From: Diplonema japonicum
Taxonomy: Eukaryota; Protista; Euglenozoa: Diplonemea
Direction: 5' to 3'
NCBI GenBank assembly: GCA_964019335.1
Contig: OZ025691.1
Span: 434,001 to 498,000, forward strand
Length of the DNA stretch: 64,000 nt
Part shown: positions 42,917-56,100 of the stretch, one piece after another
How the letters are laid out: each line of letters begins with the position of its first letter
How positions within the stretch are numbered: the first letter of the stretch is position 1
Program-made: the position numbers and the translations under genes
The notes under the pieces: generated by a model
Told to the model about the DNA's origin: nothing
The model's input: the letters and a program-made list of their open reading frames with translations, nothing else
Database searches by the model: none

Positions 42917-45900
42917 ATGGAGCGCAGGTCCCGGGCTGCGGGATATGCCGAGAGGCGGCAAATGGAACTCGTGCAGCGCAGTAGAAGCAAGCAAAAGACC
43001 GTCGCCTCCAAGAGGTCAAGACCAAGGACGCTGTCGCCACCTACTGCTTTGGGAGAGAAATTGAGCGCAGTGGTTCCCGCGAAGTCAGCCGAAAAGCTGA
43101 GTGTTGTAGAGAAGAACATCGCTGTGATTGACACGGTGAGGGTGCACCAGCAGAAGACAGAAGTTCTGTTCATCAGCGGCAATCTGCTGGACTCACTGGA
43201 TGGCATACAACAATTCTCCAACTTGCGCACCCTCTCAGCTGCCAGCAACTATCTGGCGTCGTTCGACTCCTTGAAAGCACTCTCACTGCTTCAAGGGCTA
43301 GAGGTCCTTAATCTTCAGAACAACCCTGTGACACAGCTCCCGTACTATCGGCTTCATGTTCTCGAAATGTGCCCACGGTTGACGACGCTGGACAACAAAG
43401 AGGTCAGCAAGGATAAGGCGCACATGGCCGACACTCTCCTGAAGGAAGAAGCTCTGCTTGACAGGATGTACGTCCAACACAGCCTCATCTTGAAGATGAC
43501 GAATGTGCTATCGAAGGTCGAGCTCCACGATGAGTTCCACACCATCTTAGAATCCAGGGGCGGCCCCAAGCAGCATCCTTCGACAGTGTCTTTAGAGCTC
43601 TTTTTCATCAGTGGCGCCGAGCTGTCCGTGTGGTACATGCCTCCCGAAGATGTGCTACCACAGCTACGTAGGCAGGTGCGCCGCTTGCGTCTCATCAGGA
43701 TGGCCTCGCACACCGCTGACAAAGAAGTGGATAACGCCCACGGCTGGGACATGGCTTACAACGAGGTTCTAGAAGAGCAATCGGCGCTGATCTCAAGCAT
43801 GTTCAGCCGGCTGCAGAAGGCGATATGCAAGTCGTACGGCGTGAGTCACCTGGAAGATGCCTCCAGTGTCCTTGCTGCTTTCAAGGAGCTCATCGGTGCT
43901 TTAAGTGCTAAGCACACTGATAACGAGCTGCTGAATGAATGGAAGCACTCGACGCCCCCGGTGACATCGCCCACATCTCTGCCTCCACAGCAGGCAGACC
44001 CGGGTACTCCCTTCGACACAATGCTCTCGGAAATACAGCACAACAATGAAAGGCAGCAGTTGGCTGAGCAGAAACACAAGAACAGGCTAGCGAAAACCCG
44101 AGCCCATGGAGACATGCACATGCACCAACCTCCTTCCTTGCCGTCCTCACGCGGAGTCTCGCCCAGGAGTACTGTCAGTATGCCAACAAGGAGCAGAATT
44201 GATGACAGGGAGAGCTCCTTGTCCCCTACAGCCTCCATTTTAGAGTTTGTGGAGCCAGAGCCTGTTATTCAGGCTGAGGTATCACAGCACATAGCTGACG
44301 AGCTACGACTGCAGCAGGTCAACACCGCACTCCGAAACAAGCTAGAGGAGTATCAGAGGTCCAACACAAGGAATGCTAACACAGCGAAACACTACAAAGC
44401 ACAGCTGCAGGAGGCGATGAAAAGGGAGTCCATGTTACATGCAAAGGTGGAAGACATGGAGATTGCACACGTTGAACAAATAGAAGTACTGCAGCAGACG
44501 ATCACGCAGTTAGAGCATAGCAGGGTGCAGTCTGAGGAGTCTGTCACCATGCAGATGGAGCATGTCAGAGTGCACGAGGTGCGACTAGAAGAGCTGGAGC
44601 GGGCACAACATACCATAGCAGCATTGCAACGTGACTGCGACTACTTGAGGCAGAAGGTAACGCAGTACAGGGACGAAGTGAGGATGAGGAGTGTGCCACG
44701 TGAAGAGGTCGCGCAAATTGAGGAATGCCCAAGTGAGGTTATCAGAATGGGCAACAGATGCCTGTTAAAACGAGTTTTTAAACGGTTCACAGCCATCGTG
44801 CGCCCCATGGTCTCCCAGAGGAATGCTTGCTACCTGTTGAAAGACGTCAGGTGTATTGGGAACATTAGGTCTGTAATGCTGCAGTGGCGGCGCCTTGCGA
44901 GGCAGGATGCATTTATCACTGAAGGGCGCAACTGGATGCAGCATACACTGAGGTTGAAGTACTTTAAGATGTGGTGCACGACTGCGTGTCGAAGAACCCT
45001 GAGCACCAAGAGAAGGGAAATAGAAAGTGCTTGGAACCATTGGGTGATGAAGAGTCAGCAGAGGAAGAGGGGGACAACCAGCAGTGGCGGCAGCAGCAGC
45101 ACGCCGATGGCACGACTGACGACTCCAACACCCACACCTCTCCCCTCGCCATCAAGGAGGGCACACGCACTGAGGCGCCATAAACCACTCAGGGAGCTCA
45201 CTTCGTCCGACGAGGAGATTAGCCACATAGACCCCTCAGGGAGGGTCTACAGCCCAGTCGAAGGGCACACCACAGCAGTACCGAAAAGAGGCTTGGTGCA
45301 TGTAGTCAAGCGAAGCAAGCATAAGGACATGAACCAAGCTGACAAGTACTACGAGGACAGCGAGAGCGATGGTGAAGGAGACTACATCGCACCGCCCGTG
45401 AACAATCGCAAAAAGTGTGCCCGTAGTATGCTCACGCAACAGGACATGTTCAGGAGGTGGCAAACGTACTGCTCCACGCAGCGCAGGAAGAACAAGTCCA
45501 TGGCAGCGCTGAAATGCTATACAAGGTCATTGAAGTCCACAACCTTCAACAGCTGGCGTGGCTCGACACGGATACAGGCACAAGAGAGGCTCGGACAACT
45601 CTCTGACCATTTCTCAGCTTGGAGAAAAGAATGCCATGATGCAAGGCAGCGACATGTGCAGTCGCATATGGCCCAGTCAATGCGCAAGATGCGGGAGTCA
45701 CGTCTGGTAGCAGCCATGATGGCGCAATGGATGCAGAAGATGAGACGCAGGGCACTGCTTGGTAGGATCGAGGAAAGCGCCGTAGAGATACTGACGAGGA
45801 AACGTGAGAAGGCAGTCTTCAGCAAGTGGAAGGCCGCTGGCATCAGACAGTTGTTAAGGCACAAGCACGACAAGTACCGTCTTGAGGAAGAGGTATTTTC

Positions 45901-47837
45901 TTTTTTTGCGGGCCGTTGCTAACCACTTCGTTCCTATCATAGTGAATTTTTTTTTAATTGTTGTTTTTTGTTCAACGGCAGCAGGGCATTGTCCCATTTT
46001 TGCCCAGTACGTAACGACACCCCTATCGTGAGTTTGGGTAAGCAGGAAATCTGAGGCTGGTGCGAATAGCGAGCAGCGGATCTCGTGAGCCACCAGGAAT
46101 TGAAGTGGAGGTTCATGGCAAGGAACGCCATGATCCTCTTCCCGACCAATGAAGGGAACAATGGGAACTGAACGAAAGATGCCTCGAGAAGATGCGGGGA
46201 GGATCTGGCAGCGGACACGTGCGTGGACGGGGCCTTGTCAAGGAGTATACTATACACGCCCTGCACTTGCAGCGACAAAAACAAGTCCCAAGGCCAGACA
46301 CTGTACAAGGTCTGCGGGGAGGATCTGGCAGCGGACACGTGCGTGGACGGGGCCTTGTCAAGGAGTATACTATACACGCCCTGCACTTGCAGCGACAAAA
46401 ACAAGTCCCAAGGCCAGACACTGTACAAGGTCTCGCACCATCAGTGGTTTGCCCACGGGCAAAAGGACGCAGCCCTCAGCAGAGGCAGGAGGAAATCAGA
46501 CGTAATTGTGGCACTTGCAAGCCAAGTGGGCAGCGACACCGGTCAACGCACACACCCCGGGTGAGAATCAGCCGGGTGCCGCTTCTGATTTTGGGGATCT
46601 TCACCTCCCTTTATCTCTTCCCTTTTCTGTTGTTAACTTTCCCTGTAATCTTATTTAACTTCACAGATCCTGGACCAAAAGGAGAAAGTCACCACTCTGG
46701 GCCTCTCGAACATGAGGCTTGTAGACAGCTTGTCTGAGGTAAGAACATTAACAATAGCAACGACACCAACAGGCTGTAAACAAAGCAGTCAGTCTTGAAG
46801 TGGACCTTGAGGCACGCAATACGGAGTTACAGGAGTTGTCAAAGGTGTGAAAGTTGTACCCTACCTTACACCACAGGACTTAAACACCTGCCAAGCGTCG
46901 AAGCGAGCGCTCAACAGCAAGATGCTTGGGGTACAGCACGAGTGCAAAGAGCGCGATATTAGGGTATGCACAAGCTAGCAATCCATGTCACACAGCTGGG
47001 CGTCATGCGGGAGGAGCTGATGCTCGGAGAGCATAAGGTGACCCAGCACCAAGCAGAGCAGCTGCTAGCAGAACAGGGTGCCGTTAAAACTATAGAAGAG
47101 CTTTCATCAGAGCTAAAGGAAAAGCAGGTATACCGACAAGGCAAACCATCCATTTCTAACCATTCTTTTGCAGGGCGGCATCAATGTGCTGCACCAGCAG
47201 CTGCGAGGCACACAGAAGCAGCTTGATCTGGCACATGAAACGGGAGCAACAACGACAGACGCGATGTTGAAGCTGACATCACAGCTCAGGAAGACAGTGA
47301 AGGACCAGGAGGAGGTGATCTGCAGTCTGGATGTGGAGAGGACGCAGCAAGTATGAAAGGGATTGATGGGTAATCGACTTTTTGTTTTCATAGGACAAGG
47401 CGCAAGAGGCATTCCAGAAGGAGTTATTAGTAGCACAGCAAAAGATAGCAGAAGGGCAGCAGGAGAGGAACGCATATATTCGTCAGCAGCAAGATAGGAT
47501 GCACAACTTGAAGCAGCAAGTGATGAGATCAGAAGTTGCCCTGGACACCCAAAAGGCTGAAACATCCGCGCACTCTTTTCAAGTTAAAAAGCTTGAGCAC
47601 GAGTTGCACCTCATGGAAGACAGAGCAATCCCTTCCCCCAGTGACGATGGGGTGACGTCCCCGATGCAGTACTCCTACGCCCACACAGACACTTCTGGTG
47701 AAGTAGAAGAGCTTCTCAAGCGCGCTAGAACCGCCAAGGAGCAGCTATCGAAGCGAGAGAGTGATCTCCGCAAGCAGGGCGCCGAAGCACTTATCAGAAG
47801 CTCAACACACGGCCTCCGCACGCCAGCAGATCAATGA
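42917..47837 (+). CDS. LRR, coiled-coil and Sfi1-like repeat protein (probably centrosome/basal body)
   Basis: SDS22-type LRRs with cap (NNPV...PYYR..V....P.L..LD); repeated Trp-ended basic helices. Introns 45893-46666, 46739-46772, 46845-46876, 46964-46995, 47128-47173 and 47351-47393 all keep the frame. Confidence 0.75.
46193..46432 (+). repeat. Perfect 2 x 120-bp tandem duplication inside a 774-nt intron
   Basis: 46193-46312 is identical to 46313-46432. Confidence 0.97.
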
Positions 47838-47928
47838 TCTATAGATTTGTACCAGTTATTAGTTAGATTAAGTAGAGTTATTCATTATACTGGTGCGTAG
47901 TAACTTCCACACTAGATCATCAATCAAG

Positions 47929-50295
47929 ATGAGGACACTTGAAGCGGGAGCGAAGAAGAAGAAGAAGCCGGCGGCAAAGAAGAGTGCAAAGAAGCCGGCG
48001 GCAAAAAAGGAAAGCAAACCGAAGGATGAAAGGTTCAGCTCTAGGTTCACGGACCCGCGATTCGGGTACGGCAAGAAGGAGGAAAAAGAAGAGACGGGAA
48101 AAAAGGTTATTACGGAGAAGGATGACCGTTTCTCTCTGAGCAAGTTCAGGGGGAGGGCCGTAGACAGTCGGGGTGTGCCTCTGCAGAAGGAGAAGGTACA
48201 GAAAAGGGACCTGACTTCAATGGTATGCTTAAAGGAAATACTGTCACACCATTGCAGAAAGAACCTAAGAGCATCTCTGGGTACTACAAGCAGCTGCGAA
48301 AGAACCAAGGTCAGGAGGTAGAGAGCGACGAAGAGGACTTCGAGGAGGCGTCTCTCTCGCAGGCCGATGACAGCGCAAGCTCAGGCAGCACCGACGACAT
48401 TGAGGAAGCGTCACTGGGCTCGGTATGTCACTGTAACAGCCCACCACACCTGACTACAGGATATCTACGAAGAAAACAACAACGAGCTCACAGAAGACGC
48501 CAGCAAAAGACTTGCGTTGCGAAACTGCGACTGGGACAACATGGACGCGAACCACATTTATGCACTGATGCAGTCCTTCACCCCGATGGGGGGCGCTCTC
48601 ATCAATGTGAAGATCTTCACATCAGAGCTAGGAAAAGAGCAGCTCGAAAGGGAGATGACACGAGGGCCAAACCTGTGGGTGAAGCCTGGTGAAGAAGAAG
48701 AAGGAGAAGAGGAAGAGGAAGAGGGTGAGGAAGAAGGGGCGGAATTGAAGCCCATGAGTGACGATGAGGGCAATGATGAGGATGAAGAAGACGAAGAGTT
48801 GGAGGGGTTCGAGCAAGAGGACTCGAAGGTACGCACGGAGATCGGCACCGACGGTGAGCGTTTCTCCGAGAACAGATACAGAAGGTACGAAATACAGCGT
48901 CTGAAGTACTTCTACGCCATCGTCGAGTTCGACGGCCCCGAGACGGCAGCACATGTGTACAGGGAGTGCGATGGGACTGAAATCGAGCGCAGCGGTACTG
49001 TCTTCGACCTCAGCTTTGTGCCCGATGAGATGGTATGAGCATTCACTTGCACCACTGGCACAGGATTTCGAGGATGAGCCTAAGGATTCCTGCAGCCAGC
49101 TTGTTCGTGGATTCAAAGCAAACACGCACTTCGTCACAAACGCGCTTCAGAACTCCCGATTTGCTATTTCGTGGGACCAGACGGACCTGAAAAGAAAACA
49201 GGTGTGCACTGCAAGAATAAACACACGGCAAGCAGGCCATCAACGCGCTGTTCACGGAAGACAACGATGACGACCTTGACGCGTACCTAGCGCCTTGTGT
49301 GTCTTCAGATGAAGAGGAGGGAGCGGTCCCTAGCAAGGAAAAGGTATGGGGTTTCTTAGATCATAATCACCTTGCAGGTGCGAGCCATCAGGAGCAAGTA
49401 TGCATGCCTGTTCGAGAGCTTAGGTGGACTTTCAGCGGATAAGCCTGTTGAAGGTGCTGACGAGGGCGAAGAAGAGGGAGAAGAAGGTGAGGACGAGAGT
49501 GGCAGCGAGGAGGAGGGCGTGCAAGCCGTGTGGAGCGACTCGGATGATATGGACCCAGAGGAGGCTGCAAAGATCCAAGCAGATCTTGAGGCGATGGAGA
49601 GCGGGGCGGAAGGTGAAGAGGGCGAAGGGGAGGTCTCTGGGAACATGTCGTCAACCATACACATTGGAGCAAAGGAAGGTTCCAAGAACCTGAAGGACGT
49701 GCTGAAGGTGAAGAAGGACAGGGAGGGCGAGACGATCTGGGAGAAGCGATTGAGGAAAAAGAAGGAAAACAGGAAAATGGCCAAGAAGGAGAGAGCGAGT
49801 GGGAGAATGGAACAAGAAGATGACGAAGCGAGTGAAGAGGTGGCGGAAAACAAGAAGAAGATCAAGGAGGCGTTGGGTGACGATGCTGTGGAGGTGGAGG
49901 AGAAGCAGAGAGTGCGAAAGAAGGACAAGCGAAAGGCACACAAGGCAAAGAAGGTTGCAGAAGCAGCTGCTGAGAGGGAGAGCAAGAAGAATGAACGCAA
50001 CAAGATGCTTGAAGTGCCGTCTAAGAAGGAAGCTGCCAAGAAGCCTGAGAAGCAGAATGTGGAAAGCAAGTTTGCCTCGAGGTTCGGTAAGCTCGCCGAC
50101 CCTCGCTTCATGGTGGACCCCAGCCACCCTAAGTCCAAAGACACCAAAGCCATGCAGGAGCTTGTCACCGCTGCCAGGGAAACAAAGAAAAGGAAACGCC
50201 AGGAGGTCGCACAGCCATCGGAGGATCAGACCAATGAAGCATCAGACCTCCTCAGCAAGGTCAGCTATTTCAAGAAGAAGGCAAAACAAGAGTAG
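47929..50295 (+). CDS. ESF1: Pre-rRNA processing protein ESF1
   Basis: DERF....TDPRF, VDSRG, KRLA..NCDWD, RRYEIQRLKYFYAIVEFD, CDGTEIE.SG...DLSFVPD, DPRFMVDPSHP. Introns 48223-48257, 48423-48459, 49033-49063, 49202-49235, 49344-49377. Confidence 0.92.
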
Positions 50296-50373
50296 TATTT
50301 CCCATAATGTATCAAAAGATCAAGTTTATTTTTTGTCTTTATGTTATACTTTGACCCTTTCCCAGGAGACAAG

Positions 50374-51304
50374 ATGGGCAAGGCATCAAAAGACAAGCGG
50401 GATATCTATTACAGAAAGGCGAAAGAGGAGGGATGGAGGGCCAGGAGTGCGTACAAACTGCTGCAGGTGTGAAATAAAAGATTCTCGTAGCCAAAACAAC
50501 ACAGGTGAACGAGCAGTTTAATGTGTTCGGTGGTGTGGAACGGGTGGTGGACCTCTGCGCGGCTCCGGGGTCATGGTCGCAGGTGTTGTCGAGGGAACTG
50601 CGAAAAGGGAAGAAAGAGGGTGATGAGGTCGCACACGTGGTGAGCGTTGACCTGCAGGAGATGGCACCTATCGAAGGGGTACACATATTGCAAGGAGATA
50701 TCACAGAAGAGGCTACAGCCTCAGCGATAGTGGAGGCCTTAGGGGGACAGAAAGCTGACCTTGTGGTGTCAGATGGTGCGCCCGATGTGACTGGGATGCA
50801 CGACTTGGATGAGTACGTGCAGCTGCAGCTTGTTCTTGCTGCGCTAAACATCACGAACTGCGTCCTGCGGCCTGGAGGTACCTTTGTGGCTAAGATCTTC
50901 AGGGGCCGCTCCACCGAGCTCCTCTACACGCAGCTCCGTTGCTTTTTCAGTAACGTCACAACAGCAAAGCCGAAGTCAAGCAGAAACCAGTCCGCAGAAG
51001 CCTTCATAGTCTGCCAAGGACACTCTCTCCCCAAGGGTTATAACCCCATCGATGTGCTCATCAACCCCATGCACAACGCTGCCTACGACTCTCTCTCGTC
51101 CGAGGCCGCCGGTGACACAAGAAAGGTGATCCCCTTCATTGCATGTGGAGATCTGTCAGCGTATGTTACGTTCTCTTTTTTGCACCTTCTCGCAGGTACG
51201 ACTCGGAGCAGGCTCACGCAGTCTCAACAGCAACATTACCCCCGGTGGCCCCCCCCGTGGACCCTCCGTACAAAGAGGCGCTTGATATTCAGAGAGGCGC
51301 GTAG
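50374..51304 (+). CDS. TRM7: tRNA (cytidine32/guanosine34-2'-O)-methyltransferase TRM7/FTSJ1
   Basis: [64 protein letters not shown]. Introns 50467-50504 and 51161-51195. Confidence 0.95.
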
Positions 51305-51392
51305 GGACATATGGAGGTGGTAGCTTGTCAGTTACGTCACAAAGATTTTAAAATGCGCAGAGTGTAAAAAGATATCACAGTGACAATGTAAA

Positions 51393-52093
51393 ATGAGCGG
51401 GAAGGTTAAAATAGATGGCAAACGTACTGTGGTGGTGTTGGGGTTGATGGAAACGGCACGCTGGGAGGACCTTGCGTGGCAAATGGAGTACCATGGTGTG
51501 GTGGAGTACCATGATGAGTACATGGACCCACGGTCGCCGGGGGATAAGATCTTTGTTGTGATGTTCGCTACGCGAGAGGGGGCTGAGAATGCCCTCCTCA
51601 TGTCGGACACTGATCACGAAGGCCGCACGATGATTGTCTCCTCCGTCAAGGTGGGCGTCGCGCCTGTAACAGTCAACGACGTGAAGCAAGGTGTTAATGT
51701 CCAGCTGCAGCCTTTGCTACAGCTGAACTACGAGCCTCAGCAAACTGGCGCGTCAGATAAAGACAGCGGTATGCCAATCATGTTGCACTGTACGACCAAT
51801 ATAGAAACCTCGGTGAGATTAACAAAGAAAAAGAAGAAAAAGAAGAAAGACAAAAGCAACGACCTCTTGGAGAAAGGTCTGACTGAGTTCATGACGTGGA
51901 AGCCTCAGAGGCAGCTGCAGACAGCTGGGGCATGCATGTTGGCCGCGGCAGGTATGTTTATCATATTCTGAAGGAAAAAAAAAACTTCTGCGCAGCATTC
52001 ACGGCAGTGACGTCGAAGAATGTGAAAAACAGGAAGAGTGAGACGGAGCAGGGGTTCAAAATGCTTTCACGGGAATTGAACAAGTTAGTATAG
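51393..52093 (+). CDS. RRM-containing protein
   Basis: RTVVVLGL...FVVMFATREGAENAL RRM pattern. Predicted introns 51769-51804 (in-frame) and 51952-51995. Confidence 0.7.
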
Positions 52094-52145
52094 AGGATCT
52101 TTTTAAACACGTACCTCTTTTCGATTGCTATTCAAGGAATACACT

Positions 52146-53041
52146 ATGGGTTTTGAGCCTGACCAGCCTGTGGCGCCTCCTGCGCCCATCGTACCGGAGC
52201 CCGTTGCGGTGGCTGGTGAACCGGAGCCTGAGACTGCTCCTGTGTCTGAGGCACCTGTGGTGGCGGCTGCGCCACAGCCTGTGGTGGCACCGAGTGCCGT
52301 TGGTCGAAGCGTGGCTGTGACGGGCCTGTCGCAGAATGTGACGCCTGCCATGGTTGAAGAATTCATGCTCTTCTGTGGTGAGGTTGAGAAAGTAGAGATC
52401 AAGCCTGACTCCAGCGCACAGCACTGCTTCTTAGCCATTGTCATTTTCGCCGACGCTACTTCTGTCGAGGATGGTATGCATACCGCCATTTCACCACTTC
52501 TCACACAGCCCTCATTCTGACCGGTGCCGTAGTGGGTGACAGCACCGTCACCATCTCCAACCTCGACATTGTGAATAGTGACCCCGATGCCTATGATGTG
52601 GTTGCTGAAAAGTATATGCACACAAACATAACACGAACCATCAACCCAGAGCCACCAAGGCCTCCGACATGGTGCAGAAGGTGATCAAGGCGGGGTACAT
52701 TAATGGCACAGCACTTGCCGGCGAAATCAAAGCCAAGGCAGTGGCGCTCGATGAAAAGCACAAAATTGTTGACAAGACAAAAGGTATGCTGTCTTTCATC
52801 AAAACGTGCCATATAAGCCAAACCACAGAAGCCGACATTCCTGGAAAGGCCAAAGCCGTTGCAGGCGCTGTTGGTTCGTATGGTGTTGCAGTGAAGGATA
52901 AGATTACCGGGAAGCCAAGAGACTATACTGAAGAGGAGAAGCAAGAGTTTATTAACGCTGGCAGCCGTCAGTGGTATGTCCATTTGCCTCGCTCATGTTC
53001 ACAGGACGCAAAACACGGCTTCGACGCAGCCCCAGTGGTGA
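52146..53041 (+). CDS. RRM protein of the Vip1/BPA1-like type
   Basis: SVAVTGLS....VEEFMLFCGEV...AIVIF...ALILTGA...KA.ALDEKHKI. Introns 52474-52508, 52612-52649, 52784-52828, 52974-53004. Confidence 0.75.
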
Positions 53042-53184
53042 AGAGCATTCGTGACTAGCCTATTTTTTGTCCGTTCATTCTCGAACGATGACCTAGCCAG
53101 TGTGTGTAAGGGCTTTGATGTATTCGAACCCGCAGGCTTTAGTACCTTTGCAGAAGCGATCACTACAGGTAAGATCTATCAAAG

Positions 53185-56100
53185 ATGTTGGTGTTGCGCG
53201 GAAATGCCCATGCGAGCGAAGCTCAAGTGAAAAAGGTACTTAGTCTGTTGAACAGCAGGCTGTCCGAGCCTGTTAAACAGCTCTGCCTTGTGACCATGCA
53301 CTACATTGAGCTGAAGGAAGGGTCCGAGCTCTCTGACGAAGCCAGAGCGATGGTCGACAAATGCCTTGAGTACGGGTACCACCTCGATGAGAAGTTGGCT
53401 GGGGCGAGCCCGTACTCATTGACGGTGCTTCCCAGGTCCGGCACAACCACGCCATGGAGCAGCAAGGCAACAGAAATCCTTGCTCTGTGCCTGCACCCAT
53501 CGCCCGTCTCGCGCATTGAGCACGGTGTAGCTTGGAAGTTTGACAGGAAGCTCACTGACGAGGAAGTGGCACTCATCAAGGACATCATTCATGACCGCAT
53601 GACGCAGACCATCCTTCCTGACGGGAGTGAAGCCACTCACGAGATGCTCTTCAGCCACTCGTCACCGAAGGAGCTCCGCACCGTCCCCCTGAACCTCGAG
53701 AGCCTTAATGAGGCCAACAGAAACTTCGGTCTCGCCTTGCAGGCCGATGAGATCGAGTACATCATCAAGTCGTGGCCCCGTGACCCTACCGATGCCGAGC
53801 TTATGATGTTCGCACAGGTCAACAGCGAGCACTGCAGGCACAAGATCTTCAACGCCAGCTGGACGCTCGACGGTGAGGAGATGCCCCGTTCCCTGTTCCA
53901 GATGATCAAGAACACTCACGCCAACGCACCTGAGGGCGTTCTGTCCGCCTACAAGGACAACGCCGCAGTGCTGAAGGGACACACTGCCCAGCGTTTCTTC
54001 AGCGATGCTAACACGCACGAGTACAAGGCAGTGGAGGAACCCGTTCACATTGTGTGCAAGGTGGAAACCCACAACCACCCTACTGCTATCTCACCCTTTG
54101 CCGGTGCAGCCACAGGGTCTGGTGGTGAAATCCGTGACGAAGGTGCTACAGGTATTGGTGGCAAGCCCAAGGCGGGGATGTGTGGTTTCAGTGTGTCGCA
54201 CCTGTTGATTCCTGAAGCCGAGCAGCCATGGGAAGACAAGGAGATCGGCAAGCCCAAGAAGATCGCGTCTGCCCTGCAGATCATGCTTGATGCACCCATC
54301 GGTGCATCGAGGTTCAACAACGAGTTCGGGAGACCTGCAGTCAACGGGTACTTCAGGAGTTTCCTGCAGACTGTGAAGAACGGTGACGTGAAGGGGTACC
54401 ACAAGCCCATTATGCTTGCTGGTGGTCTGGGTAACATCCGTGACAATCACATTGAAAAGAAGCCTGTGGGCCCTGGGTGCCACGTTGTGGTCCTTGGTGG
54501 TCCCGCCATGCTCATTGGTCTTGGTGGTGGCGCCGCAAGTTCCATGGCTCAAGGCAGTGCTGCTGAGGACGTTGACTTCGCGTCAGTGCAGCGTGACAAC
54601 GCAGAACTCGAGAGGCGTTGCCAGGAGGTCATCGACGCATGCTGGGCCCTCGGTGACGAGAACCCCATTCTCTGCATTCACGACGTTGGTGCGGGAGGGC
54701 TTAGCAATGCCATCCCCGAGGTCCTTCACGACTCTGGGAACGGTGGTGTCATCCACCTAAGGAAGGTGCCCAGCACTGAGATGGGCATGAGCCCCATGGA
54801 GATTTGGTGCAACGAAGCACAGGTATTCTTTCAAGGTGTAGTATTAACTTCTACAGGAGCGTTACGTTATTGCTTGTAACTCGGAAGGCTTGGCCCGTAT
54901 TGAAGCCATCTGCAAGAGGTATGCGCCACCTACTCATCATCATCCTCCATTCACAGGGAGCGTTGCATCTACGGTGTCGTTGGGCAGACCACCGAGGAGC
55001 AGAGGCTCGTTGTTGTGGATGAGCTTTTAAAGAACAACACTGTCGACCTTCCGATGTCCACTCTGTATGTTTATACGTTCGTCTTCATTCCATCTTAGGT
55101 TCGGCAAGCCTCCCAAGATGAGCAAGTCGGTGACTACCAACAAGTCTGACACTGGTGCTCTCGACTTCTCCGCTAAACCCGATGAAGCACTTGTCAGGGT
55201 GCTGTCCAACCCTACCGTCGCTAGCAAGAACTTCCTGATCACCATTGGTGATCGCAGCGTGACGGGTTTGGTCTCGAGAGACCAGATGGTCGGCAAGTGG
55301 CAAGTACCTCTGGCAGATGTCGCTGTGACTTGCTCTTCTTACGACTCGTATGTTTGATTTCATTCTTAAAATGCCCGCAGATACCACGGTGAGGCCATGG
55401 CCAACGGTGAGCGGACGCCTGTTGCCGTGATCGACGGCCCCAGCAGCGCTGGCCTTGCCGTCGGTGAGGCCCTGACTAACATCCTTGCTGCTGATGTTGA
55501 GGCATTGAAGGATGTGAGGTTCTCGGCAAACTGGATGGTCAACTCCGGCAGCAATGAGGAGGACTACAGCCTGTACCGCACCGTGGAGAAGATCGGAATG
55601 GACCTTTCCCCCAAGCTGGGAATTGCCATCCCCGTGGGCAAGGACTCCATGTCCATGAAGTCCATCTGGAAGTATGTCATATTTTGTTATCTCACTCACG
55701 CAGGGACGAAAAGGGTGACAAAAAGGTGGCCGCACCACTCTCTGTGGTGATCACTGCTTTCGCCCCCGTCAGGGATGTCAGGAACACCATCACACCGGAC
55801 TTGAAGGCCGTGTCGTGCGACACCGTCATCGTCATGGTGGACCTTGCATTGGGTGCCAGGAGGCTGGGAGGCAGCATCCTTGCGCAATGCTTCAAGACAA
55901 TGGGCACAGACGCACCCGATATGGTGTCAACAGATGCCATCGTTGCCTTCTCGAAGGCCATGACAAAGCTGCGAGAGGGGAAACACGTGCTCGCCTACCA
56001 CGACAGGTCAGACGGTGGTTTGGCATCGGCTCTGACAGAGATGTGCATTGCAGGGCACATGGGTATCGACGTCAACCTCGGTGAAGCCGCCAACAACGGC

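Noticed and set aside
45936-45948. 13-nt match ATCATAGTGAATT shared with 57676-57688
   Set aside because: Too short and AT-rich to separate from chance without a genome-wide count.
46193-46432. 120-bp repeat as a CRISPR array or coding repeat
   Set aside because: There are only two adjacent units with no spacers, the context is a eukaryotic intron, and the flanking exons splice in frame without it.
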